This document shows positions 55,058 through 61,993 of a stretch of 64,000 nucleotides of DNA, piece after piece (position 1 is the first letter of the stretch; each line of letters opens with the position of its first letter). The notes below the pieces were generated by a model that was given only the letters and a program-made list of their open reading frames with translations, ran no database searches and was not told the DNA's origin. The translations under genes were made by a program, and so were the position numbers. This DNA is from an uncultured Gammaproteobacteria bacterium. Its GTDB lineage: Bacteria; Patescibacteriota; Patescibacteriia; S139-126. The stretch lies in the NCBI GenBank assembly GCA_964493305.1, contig CAZBLW010000001.1:17743-81742 (forward strand), read 5' to 3'.

Positions 55058-55251
55058 GGATTAGTATTATGAATTACGAATTAAGAATTAAGAATTAAGG
55101 TTTATTAATTATAAATCATTAGTAATTTATATTATATCTTTAAAATAATATTAAGACAAAGATTGACAAAATGCCAAAAAAATGCTAATATTGTTGGTCA
55201 TTTAGTTTTTTAAAAAATATTTTTTTATTCACCAAACAAAAGGAGATAAAA

Positions 55252-55728
55252 ATGTTCGAGAAATCTATTTTTGAAAAATTACCTCTCAGGGTAGTAGTAT
55301 TTGAAGACACGCCAGCTGAGCAAGTAGCCGCTGGCAAAGCATTGGAAGCCGTTGGCTTAAAATGTGAAATTGTTGATCACTTTGAAACAGATGCTATCAG
55401 TGATGATAGCTCAGTAGTCGGAGTACTAACCGATGTATTTTTAACCGCTGAGCCTGAAGGTTTTGGGATTGCAGCTCATTGTGCCAAGTACAATATCCCG
55501 TGTTGTGTTGTTACACAACAAGTCAATCATAATTTTTCTCCCTGGCAAAGAGCGGTGTTGGAAGTATGGGATATGATAAATATCCAAATTTTTGTATCAT
55601 CTACTTCTCCCAAAAATTGGGAAAGCGCAGCACTATATTTAGCGGAAAAAATTCATAACGAGTTATTAAAATCATCCACACCACTGGGTAAAAGTTATCA
55701 AAGATATTTTTATCACCTCACTCAATAA
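55252..55728 (+). CDS. hypothetical protein
   Basis: 158 aa with an AAAAGGAG RBS. Followed by a hairpin and T-run terminator (55734-55766). Confidence 0.45.
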   Translation: MFEKSIFEKLPLRVVVFEDTPAEQVAAGKALEAVGLKCEIVDHFETDAISDDSSVVGVLTDVFLTAEPEGFGIAAHCAKYNIPCCVVTQQVNHNFSPWQRAVLEVWDMINIQIFVSSTSPKNWESAALYLAEKIHNELLKSSTPLGKSYQRYFYHLTQ

Positions 55729-55821
55729 AAAATAAAGGACTCTAATTATAGGGTCCTTTTTTTTTATATTAATTGAATTTAAATCCACCCAGTGTCATAC
55801 TAAAAATATAATCAAAAATAT

Positions 55822-56217
55822 ATGAACTCTTACAATTGGTATCAAACTCTTATCAAACCAGCCTGGGCACCGCCGTCTTATTTGTTTGGTCCCGTCTGGA
55901 CGGCACTCTATACTATTATCGCCATCTCTTTTGGCACGGTGTTTTACAAAATTTTCACCAAACAATTACCCCTGACTCTGGCTTGGCCGTTTGCTTTGAA
56001 TTTAGTTTTCAACTTTGCTTTCACTCCCTTGCAGTTTGGTTTGAAAAACAATCTGCTGGCGGCAATAGATATTGTATTAGTGTTAGCTACCTTGGTCTGG
56101 GCACTAGTGGCGATTTATCCGCATCTCAAATGGGTAACTTGGGTCAATATTCCTTATTTACTCTGGGTGTGTTTTGCGACGGTTTTACAACTTACTATCA
56201 CTTATTTAAATAAGTAG
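55822..56217 (+). CDS. tspO: TspO/MBR-family tryptophan-rich membrane protein
   Basis: WYQTLIKPAWAPPSYLFGPVWTALY N-terminal signature. 131 aa, about 4-5 TM helices. Confidence 0.75.
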   Translation: MNSYNWYQTLIKPAWAPPSYLFGPVWTALYTIIAISFGTVFYKIFTKQLPLTLAWPFALNLVFNFAFTPLQFGLKNNLLAAIDIVLVLATLVWALVAIYPHLKWVTWVNIPYLLWVCFATVLQLTITYLNK

Positions 56218-56270
56218 CTTACTTATATATAAGGAGTATAATTAAGCTATAAGTATTAAAATTAATAAAT

Positions 56271-56528
56271 ATGAAATTCAAAAAAAATGAAGGTACAATT
56301 GACCGAATTATTCGCGTAGTAGTGGGACTAGCGCTTATTGCTTTGGGTATGCAATATGGTACGACTTGGATGTGGATTTTGGGATTGGTGGTACTAGCCA
56401 CCGGAGCAATTGGTTGGTGTGGAATATATCAGGTACTTGGTATTTCCACCTGCAAAGTAAAACCTGCTGAAGTCAAAGATCAAACACCGCCCACTGAACC
56501 ACCTACCAACACCCCACCAGTGATGTAA
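56271..56528 (+). CDS. DUF2892 (YgaP-like) small membrane protein
   Basis: DRIIRVVVGLALIALG ... LVVLATGAIGWCGIY pattern. Followed by a terminator (56550-56576). Confidence 0.55.
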   Translation: MKFKKNEGTIDRIIRVVVGLALIALGMQYGTTWMWILGLVVLATGAIGWCGIYQVLGISTCKVKPAEVKDQTPPTEPPTNTPPVM

Positions 56529-56639
56529 AATTATTTTTCGACAAACAAAAACTACGGTTGACGCCGTAGTTTTTTTGTGCTAATTTATTCTATTCTTTCT
56601 TTAATAATAAATATTCATTCATAAAAAAAGAGGTGTCTC

Positions 56640-57086
56640 ATGCAATTTATAGATTTAACTCTGAAAGAAGTCATGGTTCCGTACTATGAAGTAAAAGGTA
56701 TACCAATGCTTATTACTTCCATAATTGTGTTTATTGGACTTATCGCCGCAATGGCGTTTCTACCTGGACCCAAGGTCGGTCCTACTCCTCCAACTTTAAT
56801 TCATATTTTTTGGTCTTTATTTACATTTATTTTTTTAATCGCCATAATTTTTTGGGCTCTGTATCTATGGATACGAAGTTTTTGGTGGCGAAAGGTACAA
56901 AAAAATTTAGATCAGGAACAATATGTTTTAGCCAAAGAGTATGGCCTGATTGCTAAATCTGAAGCAACAAAAAAAATACTGCAAGATTTTCCTGATATTG
57001 AACAACAAACAGAAAATGTTGGCTTAGTGCTCATTCTCTACAAAGGAAAATATTTACTCTACCAAAAAGTTTGGGGGATAAAATGA
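56640..57086 (+). CDS. hypothetical membrane protein (2 TM helices)
   Basis: 148 aa. Its end overlaps the cupin gene start. Confidence 0.4.
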   Translation: MQFIDLTLKEVMVPYYEVKGIPMLITSIIVFIGLIAAMAFLPGPKVGPTPPTLIHIFWSLFTFIFLIAIIFWALYLWIRSFWWRKVQKNLDQEQYVLAKEYGLIAKSEATKKILQDFPDIEQQTENVGLVLILYKGKYLLYQKVWGIK

Positions 57087-57421
57087 AACTCGTAGCTCAT
57101 GAATGGTTAAACAATCCAATTACCTCCTCTACCGGAGAAAAAATTTTTGAAATAATTGGTCTACCCCAGATATTGGGTGGTAGTAAAGAAGTTAGTGTAG
57201 CCAAAGTAGAGTTGGCTCCGGGTGTAAAATCACCCAGACATATAAACAAAGGCGCTGAAGTATATATTATGATTGAGGGCATTGCCGACATTTATGTTGA
57301 TACTTATAAAGGTATTATGCACGCTGGCGATGTTTTGTACATTGCCCCTCAAGAACCTCACCAAATTGTAAATAATACTTTAGTACCAGTAAAATTTTAT
57401 GTCATCTCCGCTCCGGCTTGA
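57071..57421 (+). CDS. cupin-domain protein
   Basis: 116 aa. G(X)5HXH-like and GDVLYIAPQEPHQIVN cupin motif 2. Confidence 0.55.
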   Translation: MGDKMKLVAHEWLNNPITSSTGEKIFEIIGLPQILGGSKEVSVAKVELAPGVKSPRHINKGAEVYIMIEGIADIYVDTYKGIMHAGDVLYIAPQEPHQIVNNTLVPVKFYVISAPA

Positions 57422-57454
57422 CGCGCTGAAGACCAAATTATTTTATGAAAAAAT

Positions 57455-57483
57455 AAAGGACTCAAAAATTTGAGTCCTTTTTA
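57455..57483. terminator. bidirectional terminator between the convergent cupin and radical-SAM genes
   Basis: 9-bp stem AAGGACTCA/TGAGTCCTT, flanked by A-run and T-run. Confidence 0.6.
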
Positions 57484-57485
57484 AT

Positions 57486-58913
57486 TTATTCGCAACAAGG
57501 TTGACATGATATATCACAGCGTTCACAACCATCACAACGAGTATCGCAAGATTGGCAGTTTTGTTCACATCGTGATTGACAGCGATATTCACAAGTAGTC
57601 TCACAGTTATTATCGCAGCCACCTTGGCAAGTGTAACAATTTTGGCAAGTATTACATTCTTCACAATCCTCACAGCGATAACAATTTTGGCAAGTGTAAC
57701 AGGTGCCACACATTTTCATATCTTGTTCATTTTCTTGATTATTGTCGCAACTGGTGACACAAAAACCATCGCAGTATTCACAGCCTTGGCAAAAATATTC
57801 GCAGTTATTATGAGTGATAGCTTTGTTCGCTTGTGGTTGTGGAGATAGGTGTTGCCCAATCTGTTTGGCAGTCAAAATACGTAGAGCACATTCGATAGGT
57901 ACCGGTGAAGTTGAAAGTTTGTTAGTCAGATAGTTGTCAGCCCAACAGCCGCCGTTGCAAAACTCCAGCGCGGGACAGTTTTGGCAAGTTTCGTTTATTG
58001 ATTTGTCACTGGGTGGGAGAGTTGATTTTTTGATTGCTAAGGTAATTTCTTCTGGAGTAGCTGTCGCTGCATCAATAATCATATTTGCACGATTATTAGT
58101 TAAATGGTGACAATGATACAGTCCACCTTCAATATCTAGAGCCCATAGGCCCCGGCCAGCTCCGCAATAAGTGAATTCACTTTTTTTGCCATGATATTTA
58201 ATCAGGGTGCTAATTTTTTTTCTGCCATAGCGTTCAAAACATTGTTTGATTTGTTCCCCCCAAATATTGAGAGTTTCTTCAGTCCAGTTCATATTGAAAG
58301 CAGGAAAAAGTCCTACGACTTTGAAACCTTGATTAAGTAAAAATTCTGATATTTCCATCAGATAATAAACGCTATCAGGAGTGACAGTGACACGAGCGGT
58401 ATCATTGGGGGTAATATTTAGGGCAAAAGGAATATTTTTAACAACATCAGCAAATGAACCACGACCATTGACATAGGGTCGTTGTTTATCTTGAATATGA
58501 GCCGGTCCATCAATTGAGCAGTGAATGCCCGCTCCTTGTGATATCATCACTTTCATTTTTTGTTCATCTAACGCTATTAAATTTGAAGTCATGCCCCAAC
58601 TGAATTTTATTTTTTGTAAATCAAATGATTGTTTAGCTAGAGTGTTGAGTTGTTGAATTTCATCCCAAGCTAACATAGGCTCGCCCCCCATATAATAGAA
58701 GCTGACTTCTTTTAATGTTGATAGTTGTGCTGCTAAAAAATTTTGTACGGCTTGCCAAACTTTAAATACATTCATTTTGCGTTTACCTTTGTCACCGAAG
58801 TAACAATAAGTACATAGTAGTTGGCAGATATTGGTAGCATCAATCATAAAGTTGATACTTGCTTGATTGTTTTTAGCCAAGGTTTTGGCGGGTTGTTTGA
58901 CCATGGTTTTCAT
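57486..58913 (-). CDS. radical SAM / SPASM-domain enzyme with a fused ~105-aa CxxC-repeat tail
   Basis: CxxxCxxC (CQLLCTYCYF) radical-SAM cluster motif. SPASM CQNCPALEFCNGGCWADNY. The final ~105 residues contain about 38 Cys in a period-3 CxxC pattern (…CGTCYTCQNCYRCEDCEECNTCQNCYTCQGGCDNNCETTCEYRCQSRCEQNCQSCDTRCDGCERCDISCQPCC). Confidence 0.75.
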   Translation of the reverse strand: MKTMVKQPAKTLAKNNQASINFMIDATNICQLLCTYCYFGDKGKRKMNVFKVWQAVQNFLAAQLSTLKEVSFYYMGGEPMLAWDEIQQLNTLAKQSFDLQKIKFSWGMTSNLIALDEQKMKVMISQGAGIHCSIDGPAHIQDKQRPYVNGRGSFADVVKNIPFALNITPNDTARVTVTPDSVYYLMEISEFLLNQGFKVVGLFPAFNMNWTEETLNIWGEQIKQCFERYGRKKISTLIKYHGKKSEFTYCGAGRGLWALDIEGGLYHCHHLTNNRANMIIDAATATPEEITLAIKKSTLPPSDKSINETCQNCPALEFCNGGCWADNYLTNKLSTSPVPIECALRILTAKQIGQHLSPQPQANKAITHNNCEYFCQGCEYCDGFCVTSCDNNQENEQDMKMCGTCYTCQNCYRCEDCEECNTCQNCYTCQGGCDNNCETTCEYRCQSRCEQNCQSCDTRCDGCERCDISCQPCCE

Positions 58914-59057
58914 GGTATTTCTCCTTTCTTTGGAATTTAGTTGTTAAATAGCAAATCAGCTTATCTTAGCACTAAATTTGCTTTTGTAAAGAGGTAAGAT
59001 TTGGTTAGAGTAAAATTTGCTAGAATGATTTTTTTGTGAAACAATAAAATAAATTTT

Positions 59058-59963
59058 ATGAAACTAAACCCCTTAACTCCAGCTGAAAAGCAGATTATCA
59101 TCGACAAAGGCACAGAACTGCCTGGCAGTGGCGAGTATGATAATTTTTTTCAAGAAGGCATCTATACTTGTAGGCAGTGCAACGCCTGGCTTTATCGTTC
59201 GGCTGATAAATTTTCCGCCCACTGCGGTTGGCCCAGTTTTGATCAAGAAATTGCGGGAGCGGTTAAAAGACAAACTGATGCTGATGGTACGCGCACGGAG
59301 ATTTTGTGTGCGCGCTGTGGGGGACACTTGGGACATGTGTTTACGGGCGAAAAATTTACGCCTCGTGATACGCGGCACTGTGTGAACTCTTTGTCTTTGC
59401 GTTTTGTACCTGCTGAAAAATTACCTAGCAACAAACAAACTATTGTTTTGGGCGGCGGGTGTTTTTGGTGTTTGGAAGCTTATTTTTCCCAAGTGCGAGG
59501 AATACTGGAAGTGAAATCAGGTTATGCTGGCGGCAATATTGCCAATCCCACTTATGAGCAGGTTTGCAGAGGTAAGACCAATCATGCGGAAGTGGTAGAA
59601 ATAACTTTTGACCAAACTCAAGTTGCTTTGGAAATGATTCTGCAAATATTTTTCACTCTGCATGATCCTACCACGCGCAATCGCCAGGGTGCTGATGTAG
59701 GGAGTCAGTATCGCTCGATCATTTTGGCAAGTGATGATGAACAAAAAGAAATTGTGGAAAATTTTATTGCCAAACTAACTGCAGAAAAATTTTATTCTGA
59801 ACCGATTGTCACTGAAGTAAAACTTTTGGCTAAATTTTATCAGGCGGAAGATTATCACCAAGAGTATTTTAAAAATCATCCTGAAGCCGCTTACTGTCAG
59901 GCGGTGATTTCGCCAAAAATGGCCAAACTTAGAAAGCATTTCTCCACCCTTTTAAAACCCTAA
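59058..59963 (+). CDS. msrAB: bifunctional peptide-methionine sulfoxide reductase MsrB-MsrA fusion
   Basis: N-terminal SelR/MsrB zinc motifs (CRQCNAWL...CARCGGHLGHVF). C-terminal MsrA GGGCFWCLEAYF active site. Confidence 0.9.
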   Translation: MKLNPLTPAEKQIIIDKGTELPGSGEYDNFFQEGIYTCRQCNAWLYRSADKFSAHCGWPSFDQEIAGAVKRQTDADGTRTEILCARCGGHLGHVFTGEKFTPRDTRHCVNSLSLRFVPAEKLPSNKQTIVLGGGCFWCLEAYFSQVRGILEVKSGYAGGNIANPTYEQVCRGKTNHAEVVEITFDQTQVALEMILQIFFTLHDPTTRNRQGADVGSQYRSIILASDDEQKEIVENFIAKLTAEKFYSEPIVTEVKLLAKFYQAEDYHQEYFKNHPEAAYCQAVISPKMAKLRKHFSTLLKP

Positions 59964-59964
59964 A

Positions 59965-59990
59965 ACTGCTCTAAAATAAGAGCAGTTTTT
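59965..59990 (+). terminator. rho-independent terminator after msrAB
   Basis: ACTGCTCT-aaaata-AGAGCAGT followed by TTTT. Confidence 0.55.
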
Positions 59991-60184
59991 GGTTGATTTT
60001 TATGGTCAAAAATGGTGAAATAAAGACAAGAAGATAATTATTAATTACTAATAACTAATTACGAATCAATTAATTAATTTTTAATTATTTAACTTCTAAT
60101 TCTTTATTCGTAATACGTAATTCTTAATTCCTAATTCTTATCGTAATTCGTAATACGTAATTCTTAATTCTTAAATTTATTAAC

Positions 60185-60934
60185 ATGCGAAAAAATATAT
60201 ATATCATAGTTGTTCTTTTGCTTCTCCTTCTTTTGGGGGTGATAGCTTTTTGGTGGTGGCAGCAAGCAAACAATAAAAAAGTTTCCGATTCAACCAGTCA
60301 AACTGATAGTCAAACAGTCCAAGTGGTTGAACCAGAAGAGTTTACCCCAACAGAAGATATTGTAGTGGATGATGCAACTGAAACAGGTGAGGTGGTGATA
60401 GTAGATGAACCAGTAAATAATGAACCAGTGGTAACAGACAACCAACCGCAACAGAACAATCAAGACAATCAAGCTCCCAACAATCAGCCCCCAGCTCAAG
60501 AACCGCCAAGCAATGTTTGCCAAACTGACACTGACTGCCAAACCAATTTTTATTGTGAATATGCCAAAGGCCAGTGTGGTGGTAGTGGTGAGTGTGTAGC
60601 CAAATCTGAGGCATGTACTTTGCAGTATGCTCCAGTGTGTGGTTGTGATGGTAAAACCTATGGCAATTCTTGTCAGGCTAGAGCCGCGGGAGTGAGTGTC
60701 GAGTATGACGGGCAGTGTCAAAATACTTGTCAGTCAAGTAATGATTGTGACGCCAATGAATATTGTGCCAAAGAAGTAGGACAGTGTAACCAAGTAGGTG
60801 AGTGTAAAACCAAACCCCAAACTTGTACGATTATTTATTCTCCAGTCTGCGGGTGTGATGGTGAAACTTATGGCAACAGTTGTCAAGCAACCCTGGCTGG
60901 TATGACTGTTTCCTCCGCCGGCGCTTGTCAGTAG
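60185..60934 (+). CDS. secreted/membrane-anchored protein with two Kazal-type protease-inhibitor-like domains
   Basis: N-terminal TM/signal, a Pro/Gln/Asn-rich linker, then two copies of C-x-Y-x-PVCGCDG-x-TYGNSCQA (the Kazal signature). Confidence 0.75.
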   Translation: MRKNIYIIVVLLLLLLLGVIAFWWWQQANNKKVSDSTSQTDSQTVQVVEPEEFTPTEDIVVDDATETGEVVIVDEPVNNEPVVTDNQPQQNNQDNQAPNNQPPAQEPPSNVCQTDTDCQTNFYCEYAKGQCGGSGECVAKSEACTLQYAPVCGCDGKTYGNSCQARAAGVSVEYDGQCQNTCQSSNDCDANEYCAKEVGQCNQVGECKTKPQTCTIIYSPVCGCDGETYGNSCQATLAGMTVSSAGACQ

Positions 60935-60993
60935 TTTACCTGTCTAAGATTGTCATTCCGTATTTAGTACGGAATCTAAAAAAAAGAATTTCT

Positions 60994-61046
60994 GAATTTA
61001 TTCCTGAATTAATTCAAGAGCTATTACTTTCAACTTTATAAACTTT
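60994..61046 (+). repeat. copy 1 of a 52-nt direct repeat (leader of the NYN gene)
   Basis: GAATTTATTCCTGAATTAATTCAAGAGCTATTACTTTCAACTTTATAAACTT is identical to 61679-61730, and each copy ends about 20 nt before an ATG. Confidence 0.8.
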
Positions 61047-61065
61047 CTAACTTTAAACTAAATTA

Positions 61066-61567
61066 ATGTCGACAAAAGAAAAAAAATTACGCCTTTATAG
61101 ATAGTCAAAATTTAAATCTTGGCATTCAAAGTTTAGGTTGGAAACTTGATTATAGAAGGTTCAGAAGATATCTAAAAGAAAAGTATCAAGTTGACGTTGC
61201 GTATTTATTTATTGGTTATATGCCTGAGAATCAGGATTTGTATTCGGCTTTGCAGTCATATGGATATGTCTTGATATTTAAACCGACTTTGTCAGATAAA
61301 GATGGAAATGTGAAAGGCAATGTGGATGCAGATTTGGTTTTACAAGCTATGATTGATTATGAAAAATATGATAAAGCATTAATAGTATCTAGCGACGGAG
61401 ATTTTTATTGTTTAGTAAAATATTTATATAAACAAGAGAAATTAAAAGTAGTTATTAGTCCTTATGTAAAAACCTGCTCTATTTTATTGAAAAAAACTGC
61501 TAAAGAAAAAATAATATTTATGGATAATCTGCAAAATAAATTGGCCTATAAAGAAAAACACCGCTAG
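61066..61567 (+). pseudogene. NYN/LabA-like domain protein gene disrupted by a frameshift in an A8 homopolymer (61079-61086)
   Basis: The ATG at 61066 reads MSTKEKKLRLYR*. The +1 frame has no start codon but reads ...YAFIDSQNLNLGIQSLGWKLDYRRFRRYLKEKYQVDVAYLFIGY... into ORF 61220..61567 (NVDADLVLQAMIDY...IVSSDGDFYCLVKYL is the NYN motif). Removing one A restores a single ~166-codon ORF. Confidence 0.65.
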
Positions 61568-61634
61568 GGGACAAAACCCAAAGAGGTGTTCTTCAATGTG
61601 TATTCTGTAGATATTATATATTTTTTTAATAAAT

Positions 61635-61666
61635 TTGTCAATATTAGGGTATATAAATGTTATAAT
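61635..61666 (+). promoter_or_regulatory. near-consensus sigma70 promoter with extended -10 (TTGTCA-17-TGtTATAAT)
   Basis: -35 TTGTCA at 61635-61640, TG at 61658-61659 and -10 TATAAT at 61661-61666. It lies 13 nt upstream of repeat copy 2. Confidence 0.5.
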
Positions 61667-61678
61667 TAAAATATTCAC

Positions 61679-61730
61679 GAATTTATTCCTGAATTAATTC
61701 AAGAGCTATTACTTTCAACTTTATAAACTT
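61679..61730 (+). repeat. copy 2 of the 52-nt direct repeat (leader of the AbrB-like gene)
   Basis: Identical to 60994-61045. Confidence 0.8.
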
Positions 61731-61750
61731 TTAACTTTTAACTAATTACC

Positions 61751-61936
61751 ATGGGCCGTCGTGTACTAAATCAAAATAATATACGCAAACTAACAAAAAC
61801 AGGTGGTGGTAAGTCCATCGCGGTGACTATTCCCATTGAAATGGTGAGGGAATTGAAGTGGCGGGAAAGGCAGAAGGTAGTGGTGACAAAACGAGGAAAG
61901 AGTATTATTATAAAGGATTGGAAAAAAATAATATGA
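61751..61936 (+). CDS. AbrB/MazE/SpoVT-family (swapped-hairpin) DNA-binding protein
   Basis: 61 aa with GGGKSIAVTIPIEMVRELKWRERQKVVVTKRGKSIIIK, the swapped-hairpin barrel pattern. Confidence 0.6.
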   Translation: MGRRVLNQNNIRKLTKTGGGKSIAVTIPIEMVRELKWRERQKVVVTKRGKSIIIKDWKKII

Positions 61937-61993
61937 CAAATTTTATTCATAGTGCAAATAGCAAGGTATAAAGTGAAATATTAAAATTTAATA

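Noticed and set aside
57443-57848. ORFs 57443..57709(-) and 57576..57848(+)
   Set aside because: These are alternative-frame readings of the TGY-codon repeat that encodes the Cys-rich tail of the radical SAM protein.
60100-60175. CRISPR array
   Set aside because: Only two ~24-nt AT-rich direct repeats with a 16-nt spacer are present, with no repeat-spacer periodicity and no cas genes.
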